A stretch of DNA of 64,000 nucleotides from Takakia lepidozioides (GCA_030704615.1 CM060733.1:9610001-9674000), one strand, 5' to 3'; shown: positions 1 through 13,960, numbered from the stretch's first letter. Numbers and translations: made by a program. Notes: generated by a model not told the origin, from the letters alone.

Positions 1-803
1 AATGATCATAGAATATTGGGTTAAGAGTTGAAAAGCCATTGTACATTGGAGGCAATCTCTTCAAGTGTGAGTGGAACCAATGACCATAAATTATTCATGA
101 CATGATTTCACAATATACTTGTTGAATTATCTATCTCATCTCATTTCTCAAGTTGTCCAATAATTGAGTAAACCAAAAATATCCCAAGGAGAGACATACA
201 CAAACAAAAAATTCAAGAAAAAATACGATCAAAACATTAGAAAAATAAAACCGTACATTAACATAAATGAAATACATCAAAAGTTATATAGGCTATGTGA
301 CTTTGCACTCTAGACCTCTCCAACTACTCTCAATGAATTGGCTCTCCTACAACCAACTCCCCCATTGTCCATAGCTGCACAATGGTGAAAAGGTAGAAAA
401 AATGCATCACCTTAAACGCGTTAGTACATATGTTTAGTGTGTTCCTCTTTAGATTACATTTGTTGTGCAAAGTATCTGGACTAACACCATACCCTGCCAT
501 CCAATTTACCAAAAACAGAAAGAACAATAATTTTTTCAGGAATACATGCAAAATTGAAGATTTTATTGGAAGCTATGTGTCCATTGGTTTTGCAGCTAGG
601 CTATCAAATCCAAAAAACTCTCAAGTGGTAATTATGAGTAGGTCTCTCGTCTCTGGGTTCGTCCCTCATCGTATGGTGTGTGTGATCCTTGAAGCTGGAT
701 GGTCGTTTCGTACACTGAGGAGCCGGGTGGTGAAAGTGTCTGTTGCATCGGATCCATGTGCAAGGTTCGCGTTTTATGAAAATCTGTTGCTTGTACTTTC
801 GGG

Positions 804-3800
804 ATGGCAGCGTGCTCGGGCGTTCTACTGAGCGCCCCTGTGGACTCCATATCCAAGGGCCTCACTTCTGGTTGGGCGAGCGACCTCACATCATGTGGCA
901 GATTAAGTGGCTGGGCTGTGGAGCTGAAAGCGGCATCCTCCTTGGCAGTGTTCCCAGGACCAAGTTCCTTGCAAATGGTGGCGATGGCGCCTTCCGAGCC
1001 TTTTGGGCTACCGATGAAAGGTAATCACTAATTGCACGAAACACTTCGCAGCCACTGTGCTGTATGCACCGTGGGATGTAGGCTTGGAAGTTCCTGTTGA
1101 GCTATCTAGTGGAAGTAATCGAACCTAGTCGACGAAGCACGGAGATGGTCATACGCTATAATAGACACCGTTGCCCTCTTGAAACTTTTGGCATATCTGG
1201 GACGCAGGTCAACGCTGGAGCATGAAACAGCGCTGGCAGGAGTTCTTTAAAGATCCTTCACAATGGTGGAACTACGACGCCGACAAGGTGCCCATTCCTC
1301 CTCTAGGATGCGAAGGAGTCTGTCAAGGAGGACTGGATTGTACTCTTAGTTGTCGAGTTAAGTTGGAATCCCTGCTTGTTCTGCAAAAACCACTCTTACT
1401 GTCTTAGCTTGTTCTTCCTCAGCAGGGCATGAGAATGGGGTGCGCAAAGTTTCGTTCCTGGAGTTTGCAAGGTCTTGATGGTTGGAGCTTGGCCTTAGGA
1501 AGCTGTCGGTGAAACTATGGCTGCTCAGCTGCACCCTGGTGGTTTTCACAGACCAATCCAAGATCAGTGGACTACAAACATAAGCAGCACGCACAAGAGG
1601 GCCTTTGGATTCAGGGTTGGTTGAATCCTCCTTGGGTGAAAGAGAAGGTAGCTGCTGCAATGACAGAACATCAAGAAGAATGTGGTGAGGATCCCTTCTT
1701 CTTCAAAGCGTTGTTTTGTCCTGTTATCAGATTCGCATCTGCTTTTTCATCATGGGTTTTGTAACTTAGCTTGTTGGGTGGATCTATGGTGGCTCTGAGT
1801 GATTTTGACATCTGGGGTTGCAGGGAAAGACATGAAATCCAAATACAGAGACAAGGAGAACTCTGGAAGGAATGTGTTCCAAACCTTTGGCAAAGATGGG
1901 ACAATCAAGGTAGAAAGGTGATTGCCTGCTATGTTACTGAAGAAGCAGACAACAAGATGCATTGGAAAACTTCGCCGCTCTTTGTCATATTCTCCTCTCT
2001 CTTTAACACACATTTGGCAAGTCTTGCAAGCAATTCAGGATAGGAACTACTGTGGCAAGCAAGGGTGGGGTGTTTCCCAGGAATTTATGGTTGTCATTGT
2101 CAGCAACTAGGAGCAAGGGGAAGGATCTATTTATTTGCTTTCTGGAGGTACCAATAGCTCAAGAAGGCAGGGTTGAACTGTGGGTGCAGATCCATCTGAG
2201 AGGGGATTTCAAACACAGGAGTACCAATGAGGATCTGTGGGTTAATAGCTACAAGGAACCTGCATGGGTTGATAAAGCAGCACCAGCAGCACAGTTGATA
2301 CAATCATGCACCTCCACCATGACCACTGGTTTCGGAAGAACATCAAGAGAGGGAGTCTCCACTATTGCTTCTGGCACTAGTGGGCATGTGAAGAGACAAT
2401 GCGAGGCAGGACAACTCAAAGAAGCTCTGCACACTTTGAAGCAAGAAGGCCTTTCCGCAGACTCCGATACTTATGTCTGTCTCTTACAGAAGTGCATCAA
2501 GTTAAACTGCCTAGCAGCCGGAAAGCAGGTGCACACCCACATTATCTTAAGTCATTTCAAGCCAAACGTGTTTCTACAAAACACCCTTGTCAACATGTAT
2601 GCCAAGTGTGGGAGCATCGTGGATGCCCAAAAAGTGTTTGACAATATGCCTGAACATAATATGTTTTCATGGACTATAATGATGGCAGGATATACCAAGC
2701 ATGGGTGTAGTAGGAATGCCTTTCAGATCTATGAGAGAATGATACAGGAAGGGCTGATGCCCGACCAGGTCACATTTGTTTGCATTCTCAAGGCGTGCGC
2801 CAGCCTGGCAGCCCTGGACAAGGGGAAAAAGGTCCATGCTGACATCATGAAAGCTGGAGTTGTACCAGATGTCGTTCTGGATACTGCCCTTGTCCACATG
2901 TATGCCAAATGTGGTAGTATCAAGGATGCAAAGGTAGTGTTTGACAACATGGCTGGACGAAATGTGGTGTCATGGAATGCAATGATCACTGGATATTCCC
3001 AGCATGGATGTGGGACGGAGGCTTTGGAGACCTATAAGCAAATGATGCAGGAAGGGGTGAAGCCCAACCAGGTCACATTTGTTTGTGTTCTCAATGCTTG
3101 TGCTAGCTTGGCAGCCCTGGTAAAGGGCAAAGAGGTCCATGCTGACATCAGGATAGCTGGGATTGTACCAAATATCATTCTGGACACTGCCCTTGTTGAC
3201 ATGTATGCCAAATGTGGGAGCATTGAGGATGCAATATTAGTATTCAACAATATGGCTGAAAGAAATGTAGTGTCATGGAATGTGATGATCGCAGGATATG
3301 TCCAGCATGGGTGTGGCATGGAGGCTTTGGAGACCTATGAGGAAATGATGTGGGAAGGGGTGAAGCCTGACCAGGTCACGTTCATTTGTGTTTGCAATGC
3401 ATGCGCCAGCCTGGCAGCCATGACAAAGGGCAAAGAGGTTCATGCTGACATCCTGAAAGCTGAAATCATACCAAATATCAGTCTGGCCAATACCCTTGTG
3501 GACATGTATGCCAAATGTGGGAGCATTGAGAATGCAAGGACCATATTTGACAGTATGGCTGAACGAAATGTGGTGTCATGGAATTCAATGATCACAGGAT
3601 ATGTCCAGCACGGGAGCGGGGTGGAGGCTTTGGAGACCTATGAGCAAATGATGCGGGAAGGGGTGAAGCCGGACCAGGTCACATTTGTTTGTGTTTGCAA
3701 TGCATGTGCAAGCCTTGCAGCTCTGGAAAAGGGCAAAAAGGTCCATGGTGACATCATGAAAGCTGGAATTGTACCAAGTATCATCCTGAACAATACCCTC

Positions 3801-5195
3801 GTGCACATGTATGCCAAATGTGGGAGCATCGAGGATGCAATGGGAGTATTTTACAGTATGGGTGAACGAAATGTGGTGTCATGGAATTCAATGCTCGCTG
3901 GATATGCTCACCATGGGTGCGGGATGGAGGCCTTGGATACCTATGAGAAAATGATGGATGAAGGGTTGAAGCCCGACCAGGTCACGTTCGTCTGCATTCT
4001 CAATGCATGTGCCAGCCTGGCAGCCCTGGAAAAGGGCAAAGAGGTCCATGCTGACATCATGAAAGTTGGAGTTGTACCAAATATCATTCTGAACAATACC
4101 CTTGTCGACATGTATGCCAGCTGTGGGAGCATCAAGGATGCGAAGAGAGTGTTTGGAAATATGGTAGAACGAAATGTGGTGTCATGGAATGCAATGATGG
4201 CAGGATATGGCCAGCACGGGTGGTGGATGGAGGCTTTGGAGACCTATGAGCAAATGAAAGCAGAAGGGGTGCAACCTAACCAGGTCACATTTGTGTGTGT
4301 TCTCAGGGCTTGTGCCAGTCTGGCAGCCCTGGAAAACGGAAAAGAGGTCCATGGTGACATCATAAAAGCCGGAATTGTTCCAAATGCCATTTTGAAGACT
4401 GCCCTCGTGGACATGTATGCCAAATGTGGAAGCATCAAGGATGCAAAGGGAGTGTTTGAGGGTATGGCCAAGCTAGATGTTGTGTCCTGGAGTGCTATGA
4501 TCTCTGGATATGCCCAGCATGGTCGTCATAGGGAGGCCCTGGAACTATTTGAAGGAATGCAAAAGGAAGGCTTCAAGCCCGACTGTATAACCTTTATAGG
4601 TGTTCTCTCTGCATGTAGCCATGTTGGCCTAGTGGATGAAGGCAGACACTACTTTCGCTCCCTGAGTCAAGATCATGGCCTCACTCCTACAGTGGAGCAC
4701 TATGGCTGCATGGTGGACCTTCTTGGCCGTGTCGGGCAATTGGATGAGGCAGAGGACTTCATCAACAAAATGCCAATCAAACCAGATGTTGTGGTGTGGA
4801 AGGCCTTGCTTGGTGCCTGCAGAATTCATGGTAATGTGGAGGTGGCAGAACGTGCGGTAAAGTCTATCCTGAATTGGGATGGACAGGATGCTGCGACTTA
4901 TGTGTTGCTCTCCAACATCTATGCTGCAGCTGGCAGGTGGGAGGATACTGCAAAGGTGAGAGCAATGATGAAGGTCAGAGGTGTCAGAAAGGAGCCAGGT
5001 TCCTCTTGCATTGAGGTCGGTGACAGGGTGCACAATTTTATGGTAGATGACAAATCACATCCACAAATTGAGGAAATCCATGCTGAGCTGCGAAGACTGT
5101 CTGGGCAGATGCAGCAGGCAGGGTACGTGCCTGACATACGCTTTGTATTGCATGATATGGAAGAGGAGCGGAAGAAATTTGGTACACACAGTTGA
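804..5195 (+). CDS. PPR gene 1: transit peptide + 2 OSB-type PDF motifs + PLS PPR array + E1/E2 + DYW domain truncated before the catalytic site (possibly decaying)
   Basis: Proposed exons 804-1020, 1208-1287, 1552-1684, 1824-1917 (or 1824-1909), 2190-5195, all GT/AG. The last exon has 303-bp P-L-S triplets, P2-L2-S2, E motifs and PG box (PGSSCIEV) and stops at EEERKKFGTHS* before HSE. Exon 4 is 94 nt versus 95 nt in the paralogs, a 1-nt deletion near 1860. Confidence 0.8.
1208..2270 (+). other. Split exons encoding two OSB-like PDF motifs of gene 1
   Basis: RWQEFFKDPSQWWNYDADK|TNPRSVDYKHKQHAQEGLWIQGWLNPPWV and LWKECVPNLWQRWDNQGRK|IHLRGDFKHRSTNEDLWVNSYKEPAWV; phase-0 intron after the K in each motif. 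Confidence 0.75.
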
Positions 5196-8100
5196 TTCCG
5201 ATCAAATATTGAAGTTATTGTTTTAGTTTATACGACTATTCCGGGAATGTGTCCGGGCTGCTTGTGTTTTGCCATTGTGTGAATAAATTGAATCATTTTA
5301 CATGCCAAGAGCTGTGACGATGGGTAGTAGGATTGAACTGCAGGTTGTGAAATGAAAATGTGTACTTTCAGAGAAAGTTGTTTTCAGTTTGGCTCCTTGG
5401 AAGTTTTTGTAAGCATGTGTGTCATTGAGGGCATTGGATTCGATTGGAAACCCTCATTTCAAGCACCAATGTCCATCATAACCCTCCCATATTCATTGCT
5501 GGGACCTGACGAAGGTGTACTGTGGAGATAGGGAGAAATATGCATGTCTTTCAAGCAGGCAGCAAAGTAAACACTAAATTAGATATACTATTCCGCACGG
5601 TAACATGACAATTGGATCCGACACTAAACCCAAAACACTATTAAGGTCTAATGTGGAACCTATTATCTTTGTTGGGGGTAGTGCTATTTCCCACACCACA
5701 TATTATAAAGAGATACAAACCCCTTGATATATCAGTTACTGGAAGACGTTTCAACTTTCCATAGCCTTTCTGTACTGACCTTCCGTATGAAGGTCATATT
5801 AACAGAGACGTCCAACTGGGAAACGATGAGGAGCAGTGTGTAGAGTGGAATCATCAAATCAACTGGAGCCTAGCCTGAGCGAGCTAGGAGCCACTATGTT
5901 TTACTGAACACAAATTTGAAGTCCATGCAAATTCCTTTCAGGCGAGCTGGACAGGAAAATATGATGATGTGAGAGCAGTACTCAGCCGCTGAGAACACAC
6001 TCAAGCATTAGACAGTCTAGCTTCCAAGTCACCATCACCCAACGTACCATTGCAATGTGTCCAGCGAAGTTTACAATGTGCACTTCTCCACACAATGTGC
6101 ACTACCGACGCTTTTACCAGTATGATACCGGCGTGATGTGCGGGCGCTCACCTTGTAATATGGACATCAACCTGTCCAGGCTCCGATCCTTGTGCATGAA
6201 GCAGCTCTATGTTCAACTTTGGTGAAGAAGGCCAATTCGCTTCCGAGTATGCACTCCACTTTGTTGCATGCAGCGCAAGGTTTTGAGGAGGAAGGGAAGA
6301 TCACACTGAGGAGTCTTGAGGAGTAAGCGCACTCAGCTTGTGAGGTTTTGGTGTGAGACTATCTGGTTGCGTTGCCAGCTGAGGCGGTGCCAGGGGATAG
6401 TATTGGCTGTATCATAGGGGAGAAGGTGATCTTGCTCTACAGTAGTGAGTTGCAGGTGTGCAGATTCACACGTCGGTCGAGATGGAGTTGCCAGATCCAG
6501 CGAAAGTGCTGAGAGTGGTGCTTGCCCAATTCTGTGTCAAAATTAGTCGAGGTAGTGTGGAGATTGCTCTCCTGAGCATGGAGGTTGCAAAGTGGTGTAT
6601 CACACCTTACGATGAAGAGATTTATATGGAACGTCATTTTGAAGAGCCCGTGGCAAAACTTGACCAGGACAAGCTCACCACTGAAGATCGCACTGATGCA
6701 GCTTATCGGAGTGAGCTTCTGGTGGACAAGGCTGAAGATTATATTGGTGCCCAGAATGTGGAGATCAATGCAGCTTATCAGCGTGAGGTTCTAAAGGACA
6801 CAGCCGCCAATGTTGCAGGCAGTGACTTCAAGGAGTTGGGCAGCGAGAAGAACGTCGCAAGTGGGGATATCTTTGGCGGATGGCAGTACGACTGCCCCTT
6901 CGAATGAAAGACTAAAAATGGTGGCCAGGCTGATGACCTCCTAGGTGCGTACCATTCTGTAGTACAGGTTTTATTGTAGAAATTATGACTGTTAGCATAT
7001 GAATATCTGTAACTGAGGGCTGGGCTTTACCACGTGCTTAGTGGATGCACGTTAATGTGATCTATACACATGTTTTGAATATAATCTGGCTGCACTCTTT
7101 GTTCATTCAAGCTTTTCAGCCCATCGATCCTATTTTGACTACATTTGTTCCATTAGGTGGATGTGGGTGAGTGACAGTGATTGGGGGAGGGGGAGAGATC
7201 AAAGAGAGCGAGAGAGTGGTGTGAGAGGGTGTGAGGGAGCTTACGAGAGAGAGTGGGTTTAGGGTTGTACATTGTTGCAATTGGTGTGACATGGGAAGGG
7301 AGAAAGAACTCGTGGGTACGTGGGGAAGGGGGAACTCTTCTTTACTCGATCCGGGGGAGAAGAAACACAGACAATGCCCGGGGTCCTTGAAGCTCAATGA
7401 ATCCTTATAATTACTTGCTCCGTGTAAAAATCCACATCATGCTTGATTTTACGGCGGAATGTTGTGTTCATTCTCAACACTGATTCTATTCTTTTGACAT
7501 TTGTGCAAATATGAAAATTTGCGGATGTGCGCATTGGTTCTAGTCCAGTAGGCAATTTTAGTCTGCAGAAGGAATTATAGAGTTGAGAACTCGTTCAGAA
7601 ACGACATTCCTTCTAACGACAGAATCATCACAATATGTTGTATAACACGAGCTCTCAAAATGCAACAGAATCCTCAACTATGTGCAAGTAATTCATACTT
7701 GCCAGCAACCAATTGGACACTCACATAAGAAGCACTGAAAGAGAGAAGCTGGCCCAGAACAAGATCAATGATGAAGAGATAATGCATGCGGAAGTTCAGA
7801 ATTTGATCACCAGATTCAGAAGATGAAAGGCTCAGAAAAGAGTACTGCACAATCAAGCTGACGATGAGCTCAGACATCGGTCACCACGGCGGCCAATCTT
7901 CCACATGGCTCACTGATTGCATTGTGGCCAACCGCGGACAGGACCAAACCGATTCCACTCTACTTATCACATCTTCCCTGGAGTCCAAATTTTGAAAGCT
8001 TACATGGCCCCCTCAAACGTTTGCCTGGGTTGCTGATCCAACGCTATTGATGATGATTCATTGGTTCAATGCAGTGCCATTAAAAAGTTAGACTGATATT

Positions 8101-8199
8101 GGTCACTTTTTGACCATCAGTCGGGTCGCTGGTGGAGAAGTGATTGGAGATAATTAGCATTTGAAATGTTAAAATCATTGCATGGTTTGGAACGTGATG

Positions 8200-8346
8200 G
8201 AGATCGAATCTCAAACTCTTTTGAGAAGGTTGGGAACAGTTGGTGATATGGCAGCTACAGCAGCTTTCTTGGCTTCTGATGATTCAGCTTACATTACAGG
8301 GGAGACTATAGTAGTCGTTGCAGGTGGAATGAAATTTCGGTTGTAA
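8200..8346 (+). pseudogene. Isolated C-terminal fragment of a peroxisomal short-chain dehydrogenase (SDRa/IBR1/DHRS4-like)
   Basis: Translates EIESQTLLRRLGTVGDMAATAAFLASDDSAYITGETIVVVAGGMKFRL*, the typical SDRa C-terminus. The PTS1-like end is FRL instead of SRL; no upstream exons recognised. Confidence 0.75.
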
Positions 8347-9238
8347 CTTACAGTTCGAGGGTCACTGTACTAGCAAAATAATCTTCATTATGAACATAAT
8401 GTAAATGGTTGATTTCGGCTAATTGAACATTTAGTCTGAAAACGGCTTTGTTTCCATCATGTATTAATTTGTACTGTGTTTGTTAGTAGAGTCCAATTTG
8501 ACTAAAGAGAAAGTTTATTTCTCACAACTCTCAAGATACCAAGGCCTATCCTCCACTGTTACCAAACATAAATTGGAACAGAGTATTTCGAGGTTTCGGA
8601 TGAACTCAATTCCTTGTCACCCTAATTTATCAAATCCCGAAATGAATTTTTTTAGATGAATACCGAAGAATACCCAAGTTGATAATATCTCCGCAATGCC
8701 GAAACACTTTCGAAATACTGCTTCACAAAAATCAGGCCTCATGAGCTCCTCGGAATGCCACATTATAGAACTTCCAACATGTCCTCATGTTGTTGAGTTG
8801 ATCTACTCGGTGGGGAGGTTGTCCCATTGCCTGAAAGAGGTCTGTAAACATAATACATAGGAGTATCACAGCACGAGTCTGCGTTTTGGTAAGAAGCCTA
8901 TTTAAAGCATAGATATGTAAGTGGCTTCGTAATCTGAAGGGACCTATTCCTATTTTCTCGGAAGAAATTATCCGATGCTTAGTCTGCTCCTTATACAACT
9001 AATCTCCTTTTTGCTATGTGTTATGTCCACTTTCCTGTCAGTGGACAAATTTAAGGGCGTGTGCAATGCGGTAATTAGAACATAGATGTCGATTACTATA
9101 CTGCACATGTCTTTTTAGCTTAATAACCACCTGGTAGGTAGGCACATGGCTCCTTCTTAGATGTTTTTAGTGGTTTAATTGAGATTTAATGAGATATGGA
9201 AATGGACACTTTGGTCCATTTGGGCACTAAGGGGTTAA

Positions 9239-9626
9239 GGTACAGACTACAGACACCTAAAACCTCCAACTTAAGCAATCTGAGCTATTTTCCGGTAGTG
9301 CTATTTTTGGAAAAATACTTTTTCCTTGTAGGAAGATAGTTTTCATAAGGAATGCATATTTTTCCATGATTTTATTCCAAATATTCAATTCAATACAAAT
9401 TTTCAAAGTGAAAAGTACTTCAGGACTCATACTCAACAGATAGAGTCCTCCATATCCACTCATGACGATACACTAAGCCACCAACTAATTATTCCAAAGC
9501 TTGGGATGCCATTAGTTGGCTTGCTAGTGAATTGTGGTGGTTTTGGATTCAGTGAAGGGTGGCCATGGGGGGTCTAGAACCTGGTTTTCTGGTCTGTGGT
9601 GGTTTTGGGTGTTTGTAGTCTGTACC
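9239..9626. mobile_element. MITE (non-autonomous TIR element, 388 bp)
   Basis: About 30-bp TIRs (GGTACAGACTACAGACACCTAAAACC... / ...GGTTTTGGGTGTTTGTAGTCTGTACC) flanked by TTAA on both sides; no ORF. Confidence 0.8.
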
Positions 9627-11911
9627 TTAATTAATACTCTGCAGTTCGTTGTCGGAAGGCAAGGTTATCTGAGAAGTCTCACAACAAATGATAAAAGTGT
9701 TGCAGAATAGCCAGTCATGGTTGGTTCTTGGCCTGATATAGTCCTAGCACAGCTCAGGTTTTGATGTTACTACTTTTCAATGAAATTTGATTAAGCCCAG
9801 GAATAATCAACACCTAGTTGGTAGCAAATTGATCCTGATATAGAAATTAGAAGAGCAAGTGTAGGACTCACAATCTGATGGTGACGTTACTGCATGGTTT
9901 GAATTTCGTATTCAGTCTGGACGTAGACACCTGCACATCCGTCATGTCCCTACGTCCATGACCTGCACATCATTTCAAACAATGATGTGCCTATGAAACC
10001 CCCGTCTATGAAACTTGCTTGTGTTTGCAATTTTTAACGCAGCGGGAAAAGTTGGTGATCTTGCTGCTACTAGTTGCTGACGCTGAAGCTGCAATTTGAG
10101 CTGGTTGAATCAGTTGACAGCTTGTAAAGCTCATATAATACCTTGTAAAATTTCTTTATAAAGGTTTTTTTGAACCGTCTAATTTAGCTTCCAATAGCTT
10201 TTGTAAGTCCCCATTTTTCAGTTGATGCCCATCTTCCACAGATTGGATGAGTGTCAATGCATAAGTCAAGACTTCCGGCCAGGCTCTGTCCACCATCGTG
10301 AGTGAGTGCGTCAGGATTCTGGATGGGTGTCACTCACAGTTTTGATTAATAATTTGATCGATGTGTTTATTGATAAATTCAGTTGAGTAGTGCATGCACC
10401 ACACGGTTTATTCTCAACTCCTGCATGGAACAATTGTATTGCACTGATTCAAACTTGGCTAAAAATTAAATTGGAATCAAGTTTTAAACATTGGCTTGTT
10501 TCAGTGTGAATGAGAGAAGCAGCGAGTGAGAGCAGTGTTTCATCGTCAAATGGTGGCAACCAGCGAATGAAATTTGAAGAACAGTTTAGGACTCACAATC
10601 TCATGCTAACTGATTGCACGCTTTGAAAAGTATAATATAGCCGGAAGTAGACACCTGCACATTATTTCAAACAGTCACTCCAATAAAGATCTATAAAATT
10701 GTAAATTGTTTCGGTTCTCGTCCACATAACATCACAGAAGATCGATCACAGCAAAATCTGATCATTCCAGAATATTCTTAAAGACTGGACTGTGTAACTC
10801 CAACTATCATATGCATCTGAAAGCTTCTACAATGGACAAGACCCAACACAAAACTCAGTCTGCTTCAAAAAATAAACAAACAAACAAACAAAAGGCAGGA
10901 GATTGTGGAAAAACGAATATTGAGCCCTACCGAATTCCTTAGAAAATGTTGCCATGGAGATCACATATGAAGTAGCCAGAGGAATATTGTGAGCAAGAAG
11001 CATGCAATTGTTGCTGGAAATTCAAAGCAGGTGAATGGTTTCATGGGAAAGATGCAAACCTGGATTTCGCGAACGAATTAGGGTTTAGGTGTCTGAACTT
11101 TGCCGGTGCAGCCATATTGGCCGAAGCGCCGTGGAAGTAACATGATCTTTCAAGCAACGACAGACCAATCAAGGTGAAGCATCCACAAACATGGAAGCTT
11201 AATCTTCCTAATTCGTTAACCTACAATTTACAATATACTTCTTGAGCGACAATGGACTTGAACACTTTCTGCACATCATGTGATTCGCTATAATGCACAG
11301 AAAGAGAAGAGAAGAGCAGATCACGCAGGATCACAGCTTCCGAAGTTGACTAATCTTGAGAGGCACCCATCACCGCACCTTCTCAAAAGGCTACGAAATG
11401 AGTTTCCATGTCGCCCAGGAAAGTAGGATGCTAGTGAAAGAGAAGAGAAGATCACGCAGGATCACAGCTTCGGCCAATTCTACAACAGGATTTCTAGAAA
11501 TCCTGGCAGCATGAATGCAGCGACCCTTTGTAGGTGCAGCTCATTTTCATAACGAACTTTTGTAGCTACATGTCTACGTATTCTCTGCAGTATACGTACC
11601 TAGGTAGGTGCCCACCTGGGCGGGGGAATGTAGGTGTTACCTATTTTCCATTTGGAGAATCAACTTCGCAGAGGGAGGAATAAGATCAGTAAACCTAGGG
11701 TTAGTTATCTCTAAGAAAAATCAAAATGGGAACAGTAAATGGAAACCTTAACCTATGAGCGAATATGTAGAGCAGTTTCATTCGGCGCTGATTCTAGAGT
11801 GGTCCAGGAGTTAAAAGAGGGGGCCAATGTATTAAGGCCACTTGTATTATTTAGTGAAATGAAGGGTCCAAAAATTAAGGATTGACGTTCTAGCGTGGGC
11901 TTTCTAGATAG

Positions 11912-12055
11912 TTCTAGATCTAGCTGACTTTCCAGTTTCTAGGTAGTTCTACTAATATGTGGGTCCGGTGAGAAGCAACTGACTTCTAGATCTAGCTGAC
12001 TTTCCAGTTTCTAGGTAGTTCTACTAATATGTGGGTCCGGTGAGAAGCAACTGAC
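11912..12055. repeat. Perfect 72-bp tandem duplication
   Basis: TTCTAGATCTAGCTGACTTTCC...GAGAAGCAACTGAC occurs at 11912 and again at 11984. Confidence 0.9.
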
Positions 12056-12417
12056 TAGTTGCTTGTAACTTGTGTCTTCAACATGCTGGCATAGGCACTA
12101 GTAGCGTGTCTCACTAGTGGTTTGAGAGCCAGAGCCAACGTGGGTAGTTGTTTGCTATGTTGGGGGTGGGGCCAGGTATGGCAGGTAGGATCAAAGTGGC
12201 TGCAAGAAGGAAAGACAAGGTGGCCGAGGGTGTAGAGAAGTTCATAGAGGCAAGTGTTACTATCGGCGCGTGGGTGGAGCAGATATCGACATCACATCAA
12301 GTCCCCTTTATTCCACTTGTTCACAGATTACCATGCATTTTAGTGACTGGTGGCTTTCCAGTTATTATTTATAATCCCATATCGATTGTATTGTTTGTAC
12401 TTCTTGGTATAAATACT

Positions 12418-13960
12418 GAAATAGGGCATAAGTTGGTGTCTCTTGCGAGACATAAAAATAAAAAGCTCCGGGGAGGATGGGAGGTGAGCCACATGCATTT
12501 CCGTGCATGTTATTTTTTGCTCTTAATTTCTGTTTTGTCTTCTTTTCTTTTTTTCCTGTTTTGCTACGGTAGACGGTTCGATCACCTAAATACAAGTTTG
12601 TTGTTCAAAGTGGGTCACAATGAGTGGCCATATTCGTCTGGGCCATCCAGCCACTTGAATGGCAAATGCTTGCAGACAAGTGGAGTCCGCCGAGTGGGGG
12701 CAGTGTGTTGAAGTGGTTCACCTCCGCTGAAGACTGGAAGGAAAATTTGTTGAACGCGGTACAACAAGCTGCACTTGCTGAGCTTGGACTAGAATTGCAT
12801 ACTTGAGTGACCGGCGCATAGTTCATTGTCTGGAACTTTGTGACACACGCTGCATTCCCAGATCAAAAAGGTGTTCGTTCCACACCAGACGAGCTAGGTG
12901 ATCATAACTTAGACGGGAACTCTAAAAACCCTCAGGAGAGTTGGCTACTCCTCGATGTACACAACGTTTTCAGCTTCTCTCTATGTATATGCATGCAATT
13001 CGAGCACTTGAAGCTACCCAGCTGGCGAAGTAGGTCCAAGAAACCATTTCATTTGCAGACCCTGCTCCAGGTCGATGTGGAAAACAACATTCCGACAATG
13101 AAAATCAAAGCTCAGGTGCAAGTCAAGGGAGGAGGTGCCTCACCCGGTGTCAAGTCCTTCCCTGTAAAACCACGATGCCACATTTAGTGAATGGAAATCA
13201 CACCACCTCAGTAGTTGGCCTGCATCGCTGTGCCCTATCCTATATAATGAGCTGCAATTGTCGCTTAGTCACCTTCTCCCTTACTGTGGTCATCTATCCA
13301 TTCAGTTACTTCGTAATTCTGATAAAACATACTCACCACTAGAGCTCTCAATCTCTTGAGCCTTGCCATCGCACACTTGAGAGCCCTGCATCACTAGCTA
13401 GCATGCTCGACTCTCAAGTTACTGAAAATACTATTACTAGAAACTCAGACTTCAACAGCTTAGTCACAGAGTATGGGAAAACGAAAACCTTAAATTCCCA
13501 CTTTCAACATCGCCTCCTCACTGTCTTTCAGAACCATGTACAGCTGCCCTGCAGGACATGCCTCACTTGTGTAACAAGACGCATATCTATCAACACAAAA
13601 TACCCACACTCTTATAATCTGCCACCAAAGACTAACTATCATAACACACTACCTACAATTCTTCTCCTAATTCGGTTTAACGTCACAATAAAATCTCACC
13701 AGAATAACAAACAGGATCCTGATCCCCCATCATGTCATTTTTCAGTTATTCCATTACGAGGCCGGTTTAGGGCAGTTGTTTTAATCAAGATTGTCCCATA
13801 TTCTTGCCTTGTTTTTACTTGCTGCTATAAATTCAGAAATAGGGCACAAGTTGACATCTCTTGCAAGACATACTTAAAAGTAGAACTCGTTGGAGGATGG
13901 GAGGTGAGCCACATGCATTTCCCTGCATGTTACTTTTTGCTCCTAATTTCTGTTTTGCTT
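12418..13960. repeat. Diverged direct repeat pair (about 12418-12540 and 13836-13960)
   Basis: Shared GAAATAGGGCA.AAGTTG...GGAGGATGGGAGGTGAGCCACATGCATTTCC.TGCATGTTA.TTTTTGCTC.TAATTTCTGTTTTG. Confidence 0.8.
12700..12851 (-). pseudogene. Degenerate LORELEI-like (LLG) Cys-rich protein fragment
   Basis: ACVTKFQTMNYAPVTQVCNSSPSSASAACCTAFNKF...VNHFNT resembles the LLG pattern C..[N]F..MNY......C.......CC.AF..F......N; no intact signal peptide or GPI tail seen. Confidence 0.35.

Noticed and set aside
2052-2189. ORF-track N-termini of the PPR ORFs (also 17324-17341 and 55288-55253)
   Set aside because: They lie 5' of a conserved TGCAG|ATCCAT acceptor and their protein similarity among paralogs is weak; most likely intron.
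2667-5137. Many short antisense ORFs (MLPHLAYMSTRV...) here and opposite genes 2 and 3
   Set aside because: Shadows of the repetitive PPR coding strand.
6458-6907. 149-aa ORF as a gene
   Set aside because: No recognisable motif, non-ATG start and stops upstream; cannot be supported without a homology search.
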